Shown one piece after another: positions 42,397 through 54,700 of a stretch of DNA of 59,891 bases (its first letter is position 1; each line of letters opens with the position of its first letter). Source of the DNA: a virus (taxonomy: Duplodnaviria; Caudoviricetes); the IMG/VR virus record IMGVR_UViG_3300025093_000023, positions 1-59,891 of that record. One strand, given 5' to 3'. The position numbers and the translations under genes were made by a program. Below the pieces are notes generated by a model, which was given only the letters and a program-made list of their open reading frames with translations, was not told the origin of the DNA and searched no databases.

Positions 42397-45300
42397 ATGA
42401 GTAAGTTAATTTGTGCAGCAGATCCCTGCAAGACAAGACTAAGTAGTGCATGTGTCTTCTATGAAGGCCCTAACTTAGTATGCGCTAAAGTCAATACCAA
42501 CCAAACCTTAGAAGAAGCATTACAAAATATTAATGATGCATTGTGTGCTGGTAAAGGAGTTGATGGTACTAGTGGGACCTCTGGCACTTCTGGGACATCT
42601 GGAACCACAGGTACGTCTGGTACCTCTGGGACATCTGGAACGAGTGGAACATCTGGTTCAAGTGGAACCTCTGGAACTAGCGGTACTTCAGGGACCACAG
42701 GAACATCTGGAACATCTGGAACAACAGGTACTTCAGGCTCTTCTGGTACTGCTGGTACGTCAGGAACAACAGGAACAAGTGGAACTACTGGTACCTCAGG
42801 GACTAGTGGTACTAGTGGAACTACAGGCACCTCTGGGACAAGCGGTACATCTGGAGATCAAGGGGATAAATATAAAACATGTATTACAAGTACATCATTC
42901 ACTTTAGGTAACACTACCAATACATGTTTATCTGTAGACACTGGACTTGCATACACTCCAGGTCAATCTATTGTTATTGCACATGATGTAGACAACTATC
43001 AAGAATCTGATGTTGTTTCTTACAATCCTGCCACAGGATCTTTATGCTTTACCCCACCTTCTAGAGTGGTGGGATCTGGTACATACACTTCATGGTGTAT
43101 AAACCTTGATGGAGCAACAGGTGGAGATGGGTCTAGTGGTACATCAGGTACATCAGCAACAGCTGGAACCTCAGGTACAACTGGAACGTCAGGAACATCT
43201 GGTACATCAGGCACCACTGGTACAAGTGGAACTACAGGTACAAGCGGTAGTAGTGGGACATCAGGAACCAGTGGTACAACAGGTACTAGTGGATCAAGTG
43301 GAAGTGCTGGTTCATCAGGTACATCTGGTACGAGTGCTACAAGTGGAACTTCTGGAACCACTGGAACATCTGGAAGTAGCGGTACTGCTGGAACAAGTGG
43401 TACTACTGGTACTTCAGGATCTGCAGGAACTAGTGGTATAGATGGATCATCTGGTGCATCTATAGCAAACTGGTATGCTAGTTTCTCTGATAATACAAAC
43501 CAAACTGTAAGTGCAGCAAGCACACCAACAGCTATTACATTCAACACTACAGAGCTAGCAAATGGTATTGTATTAGACTTTAGTCAACAGTTAAGACACC
43601 CACATGCTGGTATATATGAAATAGGATATTCTCTACAAGTTGAGAAAACATCAGGAACAGGAACATCTTCAGTGGACATTTGGTTACAGAAGAATGGAAC
43701 TGATATTGTACGTAAAGACAGAATTCTTGATGTTGATGTAAACACTGTAAAATATCTACCATACACATCCTTTATATTAGAGCTTGCTGCAAATGATTAT
43801 GTAGAGCTTTTCTTTGCATCAGCAAGTGCTAACATTCGAATCACTGCAACTTCAAGTGCAACATCACCATACACTAAACCTGCATCTCCATCTGTTGTAA
43901 TCAACTCAAAACAAGTTGGTATTGCTGTAGGATCTACAAGTGGAACATCAGGAACATCTGCCACTAGTGGAACTTCTGGTACATCAGCAACAAGTGGTAC
44001 GTCAGGTACAAGTGCAACATCTGGCACCAGTGGTACTACAGGAACTAGTGGTACTTCTGGAACCTCTGGCACAAGTGGAACAAACGGAACAGGAGGAACT
44101 TCTGGAACTAGTGGAACTAGTGGACAGTCTTGTCTTAGCTATAATGTAACTTGTCCTAGTGGTGGTGGAAACCCAAATTGCACTGTAACCTTTACAGATT
44201 GTGATTTACAAGCAGACTCCATCACATTCCCAAAAAACACTACTATAGATATATGTGCTATAGGTGGAAGTGTTTCTGTTGATAATGGAGGAAGCATAGG
44301 ACTTAATGGTGTATGTTCAGGAAGCTCTGGAACCTCAGGGACCTCAGGAACTTCTGGAAGTTCTGGTACGAGTGGGACTAATGGTACTGGTGGGACAAGT
44401 GGTACTTCTGGGACATCAGGCACATCTGGAACTAGTGGCACTTCTGGTAGCTCTGGATTAGATGGAACTGGTGGTTCTTCAGGTACAAGTGGGACATCTG
44501 CTACTAGTGGTACTAGCGGTACAACTGGTACTAGTGGTACTACAGGAACCAGTGGAACTAGTGGTAGTTCTGGCACTAGTGGCACCACAGGTACATCTGG
44601 TAGCTCAGGTACTTCTGCAATAGATGGTACTAGTGGAACCAGCGGTACGTCAGGTACAACAGGTACCTCAGGTACTAGTGGACTCTCAGGAGACTTCTAT
44701 GCAACCACATCAACAGACTCATTTACATTAGGTAATTCAGGTTGTCTAGATGTAGATACAGGACTAGCTTACTCAGTGGCTCAATCTATCATTATTGCTT
44801 ACGATGCTAGTAACTACCAAGAGTGTGAAGTTGTTTCTTATAACTCTGCCACTGGAGAACTTTGCTTTGGATCACCTACAAGAACTGTAGGAAGTGGAAC
44901 ATATTCAGCATGGGAAATTAATCTCGATGGTGCTACAGGTGGTGATGGATCTTCAGGAACATCAGGAACAAGCGGTACATCAGCTACGTCAGGTACTTCA
45001 GGAACTACTGGAACGTCAGGAACTACTGGAACCTCTGGTAGTAGTGGTACGACAGGTACATCTGGTACCAGTGGTACATCTGCTACATCAGGAACTAGTG
45101 GAATAGATGGTACGAGTGGTACTTCTGGTACAAGCGGAACTACAGGAACTAGTGGGTCAAGTGGCTCATCTGGATCTTCAGGTATAGATGGCACAAGTGG
45201 AACTAGTGGAACTAGTGCAACAAGTGGCACTTCAGGTACTTCTGGGACAACAGGAACTAGCGGTTCTAGTGGTATAGATGGTACATCAGGCACAAGTGGT

Positions 45301-48300
45301 AGCTCTGGGAGTAGTGGTGTAAATGGAACAAGTGGCACTAGTGGTACAAGTGGTACGTCTGGAATTGATGGAACTAGTGGTACTAGTGGCACAACAGGAA
45401 CATCTGGCTCTTCAGGAACTGCTGGTACATCTGGTACAAGTGGAACCACAGGGACAAGTGGTACTTCTGCAACCTCAGGTACTTCAGGTACTACAGGTAC
45501 AAGTGGTACTTCAGGTATTGATGGAACCTCTGGTATTGATGGTACTAGTGGTACATCAGGAACAAGTGGAGTGGATGGTACAAGTGGTACGAGTGGGACT
45601 AGTGGAACATCTGCTATAGATGGTACGTCTGGTACATCAGGAACGTCTGGTAGTAGTGGAACAAGTGCAATTGATGGCACCTCTGGTACTTCAGGTACAT
45701 CTGCTGTTGATGGTACGTCAGGAACTAGTGGTACAAGTGGTATCACTGTAGCTGGATCTAGTGGAACGTCTGGAACTTCAGCAACATCAGGTACTACTGG
45801 TACATCAGGTACTACAGGTACAAGTGGGACTAGCGGTACAAGTGCAACTTCTGGAACATCTGGAACCAGTGGAAGTACAGGTGATTTATATGCTACAACT
45901 TCTACAGACTCGTTCACATTAGGATCCTCAGGATGTATTGATGTAGATACAGGTTTAGCATATTCAACAGCTCAGTCTATTATAATAGCATATGACACTT
46001 CTAACTATCAGGAGTGTGAAGTGGTGTCATACAATTCTGGCACAGGTGAGCTATGTTTTGGAAGTCCAACAAGAACAGTTGGATCAGGAACATATACTTC
46101 ATGGGAAGTTAACTTAGATGGTGCTACTGGAGGAGATGGTAGTAGCGGTACCTCTGGTACAAGTGCTACTAGTGGATCTAGTGGTACGTCTGGTACAGCT
46201 GGTACAAGTGCCACTGATGGTACTTCTGGAACTAGTGGTACGTCAGCAACCTCTGGAACTACAGGTACTTCTGGTACGTCTGGTACCAGTGGTAATGATG
46301 GTCCTGCAGGTACAAGCGGTACAAGTGGTACATCTGGTATAAATGGAAATGATGGAAGTTCAGGAACATCTGGTACGAGTGGTACTACAGGTACATCTGG
46401 CACTAGTGGTGTAGATGGAAACGATGGTACCAGTGGTACTAGTGGCACCTCTGGAGTGAATGGTACATCAGGTACTAGTGGAACCTCAGGTGCTGATGGT
46501 GCAAATGGTACTAGCGGTACTAGTGGAACTAGTGGTTCATCTGGTAATGATGGAGCAGATGGAACCAGTGGTACTAGTGGGACTAGTGGATCAAGTGGTA
46601 CAAGTGGTACTAGCGGAACAACTGGAACTTCAGGTACATCAGGTGTGGATGGCACATCAGGTAATGATGGAACTTCTGGCACTAGTGGTAGTAGTGGTAC
46701 AAGTGCCACTTCAGGAACTAGTGGTACTACAGGTACTTCTGGTACAAGTGGAGCTGATGGAGCTGATGGAACAAGTGGAACTAGCGGTACAACAGGTACT
46801 AGTGGGTCTTCTGGTGTAAGTGGTTCATCTGGAACCAGTGGTACATCTGGAATCAACGGTAATGATGGTACAAGTGGTACGTCAGGTACTAGCGCTACCT
46901 CTGGAACAACAGGTACTAGTGGTACATCTGGTGATGATGGAACTAGTGGTACTTCAGGAACCAGTGGTATAGATGGTAACAATGGTACAAGCGGAACCTC
47001 TGGAACCAGTGGTAATAGTGGCTCTTCAGGTACTAGTGGTGATGATGGAACCAGTGGTACTACAGGTACATCTGGTACATCTGGGACTAGTGGAAGTAGT
47101 GGTAATAGTGGAAGTAGTGGTACATCTGGTACCTCTGGAAGTTCTGGTACAGCAGGAACATCTGGTGTTGATGGTAACTTTGGTGGTGCATGTTTTGACT
47201 ACACTTTCTCAACTAGCACATCTACTAATCCAGGAACAGGTTTAGTAAGACTAAATAACACAACACAGAATACAGCCACACTTTCTTATATTAATGAGAC
47301 AGACGATAACTCAAACTCTATTCAGTCTTTCTTACAGACAATAGATAGTGTAACTTCTGCAGTGAAAGGATTCATGAGAATATCTAATAAAACAGATGCT
47401 TCTCAGTTCCTCCTCTTTGCAATTAGTGATCTCACTGATAATGGAACTTGGTGGACATTAAATATAACCAACTCAGCATCTTCAGCAACATCACCATTTA
47501 GTAATAACGAAGATGTAATTGTATGTTTTGTAACTACAGGTGATAAGGGAGATCCAGGAACTCCTGGTACATCAGGAACTTCTGGTACTTCAGGTACCTC
47601 TGGAAGCTCAGGCAATAGTGGATCTAGTGGAACATCAGGTACTGCAGGAACAAGTGGTAGTAGTGGTGTAAATGGAACTTCTGGAACCTCAGGTACTAGT
47701 GGTAATTCAGGAAGTAGTGGAACTTCTGGAGATGATGGAACTAGTGGAACCTCTGGTACATCAGGTAATAATGGTGCCCCTGGTACTTCTGGTACAAGTG
47801 GAACAAGTGGTAGTAGTGGTACAACTGGTACTAGTGGAACGTCTGGTAACAATGGTGCTCCTGGTACAAGTGGGACCAGTGGTACATCTGGCTCTAGTGG
47901 TAACAGTGGATCTAGTGGTACATCTGGAACAAGTGGAACGTCTGGTGTAAATGGTGATGATGGAACGAGTGGAACTAGTGGAACCTCTGGAAACAGTGGT
48001 TCGTCTGGAACTAGTGGCACCTCTGGAAATAATGGTGCACCTGGAACATCTGGTACAAGCGGTACTAGTGGTAACAGTGGTAGCAGTGGAACTTCTGGCA
48101 CATCTGGTACAAGTGGAGTAAATGGTGGTAATGGTACAAGTGGAACATCTGGTACTTCTGGTAATAACGGTGCACCAGGAACAAGCGGTACTTCTGGAAC
48201 TTCAGGAACGTCTGGAGTGAATGGAGGTAATGGTACTAGTGGTACATCTGGTACAAGTGGTAATAATGGAGCACCTGGAACCTCAGGAACTAGTGGTACA

Positions 48301-49893
48301 TCAGGTGTTAACGGTGCTAATGGAAGCGGTGGAACTAGTGGGACTAGTGGAACTAGTGGTGTGAATGGAGCTAATGGTACCAGTGGGACCAGTGGTACTA
48401 GTGGTACATCAGTTGCTGTATCAGGAACTACAAACTATGTAACTAAGTTTACTAGTGCTACAACAATTGGTAACACAGCTGTTCCAATATTTGAGAGTGG
48501 TACAACAGTGGTTGTAGGTGGTACTAGTGCTGGTATAGCAAGTTCAAAACTTGATGTAGTTGGTAATATATACACTAGTACTGGTATATACATTGCTAAT
48601 GGTACCAATAACTATATTGGTGCATACTCTGGTAACATGCTTGTATATTCTCAAGCAGGTACAATAATTTATCTTGGTGGTGGTATAGGAAACAGACAAA
48701 ATGATGTTCAAGTTGGTAATGGATATCTAGCTGTAGATAATAATGGTGCTGCTAGTGCATTTGCTGTTAATCAACTTTTCCCTGTAACTAGTCACACTTA
48801 TGGACAACCTTCAGATGCTATTATTGAAGGATACAATGATAATAATGGTGGTGTACTTACATTATATAATGGTGACACAACTATATCAGCTGCTCAGAAA
48901 CTAGGTATATTACAATGGGTGGGTAAGGATGATGCAACTGGTGGGTATACAATGGCCCAAATAATGTGTTCAGCTCAAAATGCTCCTGGTTCAGGAAGTA
49001 ATGGTGGTGGTAATCTTGATTTTCTCACTGCTACTACAGGAATTGGAGCAGCTCCTTCAACAAAAATGAGAATTGACTACCTAGGTAATGTTGGTATTAA
49101 CAATACATCTCCTTCTGCTCGTCTTGATGTTGTTGGTGATGTAGAGATAGAAGGTAACATTGTAAATAGCAAGACTGGTATTGGTGTAAGTAACCTGTTT
49201 AGAACAGATATAAGTACACCTAAAATCATCATGGGTGATGAGAATGGATATTGGACTGGTTCTTCGATTGAGTATGATGTAGACAAAACTGAGATTACTT
49301 TTGGAAAAACAAGAGCTGGATGGGATGTTAATCCAACAGAACTCATACATATCAACAAAGGCAGTATGCGTTTTGAAAAGTCTGGTATTAAAGACAACGG
49401 TAATGACCCAGGTGCTCCAGGACAAGCTTTATATAGTAATGGTAATGACGCTGTTGAATGGAAATATGTTAGTTTCCCAATAGCTGCAAGTTTTTTGCAC
49501 AATATATCTTCATCAAATTCTACTATATACTGGTTACCTATTGGTTATGTTGTAGAGTCCACTACAATAAACTATTACAATTCAATGGTAGCTCCTTATA
49601 ATGGTAGAGTGAGAAAGGTTGTTATGAGATGGGTGAGTGGATCAACACCAACAGCAACTTCCGTTACATTTAGAACAAGTACAAATGGAACTACAAGTGG
49701 TACAACATATCCTGCCACTGTTACAGGTGGAGCTACTACTAGTATGGTGGTTACCAGAGACTTTGGTGTAAGTGGCTTCACATTTAATGAAGGTGATAGA
49801 TTTAGTTTAGGATTTACATCAGACGGAGGTACAAGACTATTACAAGGAATGGCTGTTACAATAATTGTACAATACACAGAAAACACTCCATAA
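42397..49893 (+). CDS. Long fibre protein with Gly-Thr-Ser triplet repeats and interspersed globular domains
   Basis: 2498 aa; hundreds of GTS/GTT/GSS triplets; C-terminal fibre motif [18 protein letters not shown]. Confidence 0.8.
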   Translation: MSKLICAADPCKTRLSSACVFYEGPNLVCAKVNTNQTLEEALQNINDALCAGKGVDGTSGTSGTSGTSGTTGTSGTSGTSGTSGTSGSSGTSGTSGTSGTTGTSGTSGTTGTSGSSGTAGTSGTTGTSGTTGTSGTSGTSGTTGTSGTSGTSGDQGDKYKTCITSTSFTLGNTTNTCLSVDTGLAYTPGQSIVIAHDVDNYQESDVVSYNPATGSLCFTPPSRVVGSGTYTSWCINLDGATGGDGSSGTSGTSATAGTSGTTGTSGTSGTSGTTGTSGTTGTSGSSGTSGTSGTTGTSGSSGSAGSSGTSGTSATSGTSGTTGTSGSSGTAGTSGTTGTSGSAGTSGIDGSSGASIANWYASFSDNTNQTVSAASTPTAITFNTTELANGIVLDFSQQLRHPHAGIYEIGYSLQVEKTSGTGTSSVDIWLQKNGTDIVRKDRILDVDVNTVKYLPYTSFILELAANDYVELFFASASANIRITATSSATSPYTKPASPSVVINSKQVGIAVGSTSGTSGTSATSGTSGTSATSGTSGTSATSGTSGTTGTSGTSGTSGTSGTNGTGGTSGTSGTSGQSCLSYNVTCPSGGGNPNCTVTFTDCDLQADSITFPKNTTIDICAIGGSVSVDNGGSIGLNGVCSGSSGTSGTSGTSGSSGTSGTNGTGGTSGTSGTSGTSGTSGTSGSSGLDGTGGSSGTSGTSATSGTSGTTGTSGTTGTSGTSGSSGTSGTTGTSGSSGTSAIDGTSGTSGTSGTTGTSGTSGLSGDFYATTSTDSFTLGNSGCLDVDTGLAYSVAQSIIIAYDASNYQECEVVSYNSATGELCFGSPTRTVGSGTYSAWEINLDGATGGDGSSGTSGTSGTSATSGTSGTTGTSGTTGTSGSSGTTGTSGTSGTSATSGTSGIDGTSGTSGTSGTTGTSGSSGSSGSSGIDGTSGTSGTSATSGTSGTSGTTGTSGSSGIDGTSGTSGSSGSSGVNGTSGTSGTSGTSGIDGTSGTSGTTGTSGSSGTAGTSGTSGTTGTSGTSATSGTSGTTGTSGTSGIDGTSGIDGTSGTSGTSGVDGTSGTSGTSGTSAIDGTSGTSGTSGSSGTSAIDGTSGTSGTSAVDGTSGTSGTSGITVAGSSGTSGTSATSGTTGTSGTTGTSGTSGTSATSGTSGTSGSTGDLYATTSTDSFTLGSSGCIDVDTGLAYSTAQSIIIAYDTSNYQECEVVSYNSGTGELCFGSPTRTVGSGTYTSWEVNLDGATGGDGSSGTSGTSATSGSSGTSGTAGTSATDGTSGTSGTSATSGTTGTSGTSGTSGNDGPAGTSGTSGTSGINGNDGSSGTSGTSGTTGTSGTSGVDGNDGTSGTSGTSGVNGTSGTSGTSGADGANGTSGTSGTSGSSGNDGADGTSGTSGTSGSSGTSGTSGTTGTSGTSGVDGTSGNDGTSGTSGSSGTSATSGTSGTTGTSGTSGADGADGTSGTSGTTGTSGSSGVSGSSGTSGTSGINGNDGTSGTSGTSATSGTTGTSGTSGDDGTSGTSGTSGIDGNNGTSGTSGTSGNSGSSGTSGDDGTSGTTGTSGTSGTSGSSGNSGSSGTSGTSGSSGTAGTSGVDGNFGGACFDYTFSTSTSTNPGTGLVRLNNTTQNTATLSYINETDDNSNSIQSFLQTIDSVTSAVKGFMRISNKTDASQFLLFAISDLTDNGTWWTLNITNSASSATSPFSNNEDVIVCFVTTGDKGDPGTPGTSGTSGTSGTSGSSGNSGSSGTSGTAGTSGSSGVNGTSGTSGTSGNSGSSGTSGDDGTSGTSGTSGNNGAPGTSGTSGTSGSSGTTGTSGTSGNNGAPGTSGTSGTSGSSGNSGSSGTSGTSGTSGVNGDDGTSGTSGTSGNSGSSGTSGTSGNNGAPGTSGTSGTSGNSGSSGTSGTSGTSGVNGGNGTSGTSGTSGNNGAPGTSGTSGTSGTSGVNGGNGTSGTSGTSGNNGAPGTSGTSGTSGVNGANGSGGTSGTSGTSGVNGANGTSGTSGTSGTSVAVSGTTNYVTKFTSATTIGNTAVPIFESGTTVVVGGTSAGIASSKLDVVGNIYTSTGIYIANGTNNYIGAYSGNMLVYSQAGTIIYLGGGIGNRQNDVQVGNGYLAVDNNGAASAFAVNQLFPVTSHTYGQPSDAIIEGYNDNNGGVLTLYNGDTTISAAQKLGILQWVGKDDATGGYTMAQIMCSAQNAPGSGSNGGGNLDFLTATTGIGAAPSTKMRIDYLGNVGINNTSPSARLDVVGDVEIEGNIVNSKTGIGVSNLFRTDISTPKIIMGDENGYWTGSSIEYDVDKTEITFGKTRAGWDVNPTELIHINKGSMRFEKSGIKDNGNDPGAPGQALYSNGNDAVEWKYVSFPIAASFLHNISSSNSTIYWLPIGYVVESTTINYYNSMVAPYNGRVRKVVMRWVSGSTPTATSVTFRTSTNGTTSGTTYPATVTGGATTSMVVTRDFGVSGFTFNEGDRFSLGFTSDGGTRLLQGMAVTIIVQYTENTP
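42562..48410 (+). repeat. Degenerate 9-nt coding repeat (GGN ACN TCN/AGY) in several blocks
   Basis: Directly visible; synonymous positions vary from unit to unit. Confidence 0.9.
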
Positions 49894-49894
49894 T

Positions 49895-51466
49895 ATGGCA
49901 AACTTAAATTCAGCAATAAGATTAAAGAAACTCTATGAGCTTAAAGCTACACTTGAAAGAGCATCTAAAAATGCTTCTGGAATTGTGGAGCTGCCCACTT
50001 CTGATTATGATAAAGTGGAGGAGACAAATGATATTCTTGAATCAGTTATTGATCCTGCAAAGAAAGAATTCTTAGCTCCTATCATAAATATGATAGAGAC
50101 TCTTCGTAAAGATCTTGAAGATATACATGGTTATATAGATACAGCATTTGGATTAGATCCTACAAAAGCTTCTTCTCAAGGACCTCAAGGTGCCACTGGT
50201 CCACAAGGACCACAGGGTGTGCAAGGACCCACTGGTCCAACAGGTGCTACAGGTTCTCCTGGTTGGGGATTAACAATGAAAGGTTCTGTAAGCACATCAG
50301 GTAGTTTACCTAGTTCTGCTTCTGATGGAGATGCATACATTGTACAAAGTGATGACTCATTTTGGATTTATGCAGATGGTAGTTGGGTGAGTGGTGGATC
50401 TATACAAGGTCCTAAAGGGGATACAGGTAACACTGGAGCTCAAGGACCCACTGGTGCAACTGGAGCAACAGGCCCACAAGGACCAAAAGGTAACACAGGA
50501 GCAACTGGTGCTGCAGGAAGTAGTGGAACAAGTGGAACTTCTGGTGCTAAAGGAGCAACAGGAAATACAGGAGCCACAGGTGCTTCAGGTTCTAGTGGTA
50601 CGTCAGGTACCTCTGGAGCAAAAGGTAATACAGGAAGTACAGGTGCAACAGGTCCTCAAGGACCAAGTGGATCATCTGGAACCTCAGGTGTTAATGGAGC
50701 TGTAGGACCTAAAGGAAATACTGGTGCCACTGGAGCTAGTGGAAGTTCAGGTACTTCAGGAACGTCTGGAGCTAAGGGTAATACAGGTGCAACAGGACCA
50801 ACTGGTCCAAAAGGAGATACTGGTGCTACAGGAGCTAGTGGAACGAGTGGAACGAGTGGTGTAAATGGTGCCACTGGACCACAGGGTCCAAAGGGAAATA
50901 CAGGAAGTACTGGAGCAACTGGTGCATCTGGTAGTTCTGGTACTTCTGGAACTAGTGGTGCAAAAGGTGCCACAGGTGCTACTGGACCTAAAGGAAACAC
51001 AGGAAATACAGGCGCTACTGGTGCGTCTGGATCTAGTGGTACTAGTGGTACTTCTGGAGCTAAGGGAAATACTGGAGCCACTGGACCAAAAGGTGATACT
51101 GGTTCAACAGGTCCAGCTGGTGCAAATGGTACATCAGGTGTAAACGGAGCAACAGGACCTACTGGACCTCAAGGTCCTAAAGGTAATACTGGTGCTACTG
51201 GTGCTAGTGGTTCATCAGGAACTAGTGGTACGAGTGGTGCAAAAGGAGCTACTGGAGCTACAGGAGCAACTGGAGCTACTGGTCCACAAGGTCCAACTGG
51301 TCCACAGGGATCAACAGGTGCTACAGGAGCTTCTGGGACAAGTGGGACATCAGGTACAAGTTCTTCAGCAAGTGGAGTGACTCAGACAGTCACTGTTGTA
51401 GTTAATACAAAAGGAGCCACTGTAGACTTAATATTTAAAAATGGTCTATTAGACGCAGTAAAATAA
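49895..51466 (+). CDS. Collagen-like (Gly-X-Y) fibre protein
   Basis: ATG at 49895 follows the upstream stop. [12 protein letters not shown] repeats mixed with GSSGTSGTS blocks; small Trp-containing domain MKGSV...GDAYIV...[12 protein letters not shown]. Confidence 0.8.
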   Translation: MANLNSAIRLKKLYELKATLERASKNASGIVELPTSDYDKVEETNDILESVIDPAKKEFLAPIINMIETLRKDLEDIHGYIDTAFGLDPTKASSQGPQGATGPQGPQGVQGPTGPTGATGSPGWGLTMKGSVSTSGSLPSSASDGDAYIVQSDDSFWIYADGSWVSGGSIQGPKGDTGNTGAQGPTGATGATGPQGPKGNTGATGAAGSSGTSGTSGAKGATGNTGATGASGSSGTSGTSGAKGNTGSTGATGPQGPSGSSGTSGVNGAVGPKGNTGATGASGSSGTSGTSGAKGNTGATGPTGPKGDTGATGASGTSGTSGVNGATGPQGPKGNTGSTGATGASGSSGTSGTSGAKGATGATGPKGNTGNTGATGASGSSGTSGTSGAKGNTGATGPKGDTGSTGPAGANGTSGVNGATGPTGPQGPKGNTGATGASGSSGTSGTSGAKGATGATGATGATGPQGPTGPQGSTGATGASGTSGTSGTSSSASGVTQTVTVVVNTKGATVDLIFKNGLLDAVK

Positions 51467-51472
51467 TAAATT

Positions 51473-51781
51473 ATGGCAATATCATATACATGGAACTGTT
51501 CAGAAGTAGAAGCTTATCCAGAATTGGATGGGCATAACAATGTTATACACACTGTATACTATATGATACGAGGTATGGAAGATGGTAAACATCATGAAAT
51601 ACTTGGACAAGTACAACTTGATACATCCTCCTTAGATAACTTTGTAGAAATAGAAGACTTAACAAGTAATGATCTAACAGATTTTGTTAGAGATGCACTT
51701 GGTCTTGATATGGTGGATAGTCTAGAAGCTGAGATAGCTAAAGAGTTACATAAAGAATCTAACTCATTTGTAATACCGTAG
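51473..51781 (+). CDS. Small acidic fibre-associated protein (possible assembly chaperone)
   Basis: 102 aa, directly after the fibre genes; function inferred from position. Confidence 0.55.
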   Translation: MAISYTWNCSEVEAYPELDGHNNVIHTVYYMIRGMEDGKHHEILGQVQLDTSSLDNFVEIEDLTSNDLTDFVRDALGLDMVDSLEAEIAKELHKESNSFVIP

Positions 51782-54700
51782 ATACTACATCAATCACTTT
51801 ACTAGCTGGTATACCTCTATGACATTCAAAATGTCTAGGGGTATTTTTATGTTCAGGACACCAGTCCCAATCTCCCCTATCAAACTTATGGTTTGGATTG
51901 TTCCAACATCCATGACATAAAGATGTATCTACAACTCTCAAGCAGCTAAACTCATGATCAGCTTCTGTGAAGTTGGATATCATTACAACAGGCACACCAA
52001 TAGCCCACGCTAACCAACTTAGTCCACTACTAAGCCCTATAAAGAAAGTGCTCTGTCTAATACAATCTATAGTGTATTCAATAGACGTATCTGATATCTT
52101 CTCACAATTGTCAAAAGGATTGTCTTCTATAGATGTATTAATCACTTTATATCCTTTATCATGTAAGAAGTTTATAACCTCTTGCCATCCTTCTCTAGTC
52201 CAGAACTTACAACCAGCTGTAGAGTTAGTAGCTATTGTAACGTACTCCTGACCTTCTATAACATTACCCCAATCTTTCTTTATTCTAGGAACAATTTCTT
52301 CATATGGTAGTCCTAGTATATTTGTAGCAGCTTTCTGTAGAGGAATTGTATTTGGTAAAACAGGTTCTTTGTTTTCATTGTAGAACCATCCTATTTTATA
52401 CATTGCATAGACATTCTCCACTTCTGTTCCAGGCTTTACAAACTCAAGCTCAGGATATACATCTTCAAACAAGAAGTTCTTAAACGTGCTTACAATCACT
52501 TTACATCCATGTTTCTTCTTGAATTCTAATACATAAGGTATCCAGGCTATTGTATCTCCTAATGATGAACTATCAAATGCTATATAGACACGTTTGTTAT
52601 ATAGATTGAGTGTTTCTTTATACACTTGCTCACCAGTACTAGCTTTTGTAATCAAAGTGGTCCACTCTGTATAATACTCTCTATTGAGCCTCACCCAGTT
52701 ATTAGTTCCTATGGTGCTATTATACACCAATTTTGCACCATCATACATATATACATTAAATCTGTCTTTAGACCTACCTGTAATTTCTAAATATGGTTGA
52801 CCTACAAAGTGTTGTATAATATTATAGTCTTTACTTGTTTCATTTTGTATAACATCCATATCTAACACTTTGTTATACAACTCTTTATGACGCTCACCAA
52901 ATACATCCATAGTGTTATTAGATGGTACATCATAAGCTGGTGCAGCTGTAAGAAGTTTATTCAGCTGATTTTTCATCTTCATAGGATGTAAATCTTCTAT
53001 GTATGCTGTAAACATATCTTTATACTGTGGAAGATTACGTGCTAGTATAGGTAGGCCATATGATATAGCCTCTCTCAATACTAGTGGGTTACACTCCCAG
53101 GTGGAGTTGAACATGAATACATCTGCAGCTAATAAGAACTTGTCTGTATCACTACGCTCACCCCATACAGTTACATTAGGTGGTAAGTCTTTCATCAATG
53201 GTTCCCAGTAGTCTTTAAAATTAACTGCTTGGTTACCTACAAAGTGAAACTCTACATTTGGAAACTTCTTAGCTAATGCTACACCTTCTCCCTGATTCTT
53301 ACCTTTAGTCCATAGTCCTATGTTTACAACATGTTTCTTGCTTGGGTCTAGTTCTAAATCATATTTAGCATTTAATTTGCTCTGCCAATCATGTACTACA
53401 GGCTCTATAGGAAACTCTAGAACTTCTCTGAGAGACGGCATGTTTTTAAATGTCTCTAAATGATAGGGTGTACAGAAAGCATATACATCTGGGTGATATC
53501 TCTTTTCTGCATCAGCATTAAATGATATGTTGTGACAGGTTTCAATGATCTTCCAAGATCTATCATTATTATATAATAGAGGTAGTACATCATCTGCACC
53601 ATCTCCTAAACACTCAGCCATCTCATCTATATGGACAATATCTATATTATTGTCTTTAATGATGTCTATGAGCTCTGTCTTATCTTCTCCTAGTGTATAG
53701 AAGTTGGATACAAGTTTCTTAATCTGATTCTTCTGAACAACATACTCATCACTATAGTTGGTCCATTCTACAACATAAATGTTAAACCCACTAAGTGCTT
53801 TGATTCTTTTGAGAAGGAACTCAGGCATACCACCTGTAGATAGATGAGGTGCTAGGAACAACACTCGTTTAGAAAGCTTACTGTTCATCTGTTTCATTAT
53901 ATTTATATCTTTTTCTCCGTGAAATGCCATGAGCTGTTCTTTCTTAGCTGGTACAGCCACCCATTCTGATTCATGACGCATCTCTCCTGTAAACTCTATA
54001 GCATCAATATCTATCTCTCCTTTGTAGTTCATATACATTATAGGAAGTCCTTCGTGTATATTATATTTCCACAGGAGTACATTAGCTAGTGTTTCTTCAT
54101 GATATGGTGCATATAGTTGTGGATTCTTTACAACAGCTGGATGAGAACACATCCACATCCATTCATCAATCCACTTTCTAGCATGTTGACCTGCAACAAA
54201 GTAACCAGTTTGTCTATACTTATCTCTTACATTCTGATCTACACCAAACAGTTCACACGCTGCATGTTCTAAACTTTTATACAGTTCATCTCTTGTCTCT
54301 ACACCACCACGTCCATTAATAAATAGATAGTCATATATACCTTTTGTAAAGTATGGATGTGTGCAATTTTCTGGATAGTAATTAAAAATCTCATCTATGT
54401 ACTTAGTTACAATAGTATCTGAGTCTATATATGCCACTGTCTTAGCATAATTATCAAGAGCATCAGCAATCACACGAGGTCTTTCTGCTAATAGCTTGAA
54501 CACCTTTGTATCATTTCTATCTATATATTTGTTCTTCTTAATGTATATACCATGTAAATCCCACTTGATTGTCTTGTATGCACCAGGAACTTTCCATTCA
54601 GAGTTAATCATGTATACAATAACAGGAACATCACTTGCGTTATTAATGCTTTTTACAGCCTCACATACAACATCATAATAAGATGTATTTGCATATAAAA

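Noticed and set aside
42562-48410. Possible CRISPR array or DNA-level tandem repeat
   Set aside because: There is no constant repeat with unique spacers. Variation is mostly synonymous, so the repeat is at the protein level.
42459-51380. Long minus-strand PLV/PEV-repeat ORFs and alternative-frame VVLVEL ORFs
   Set aside because: These are shadows of the GTS/collagen coding repeat, which lacks stops in other frames; there is no independent signal.
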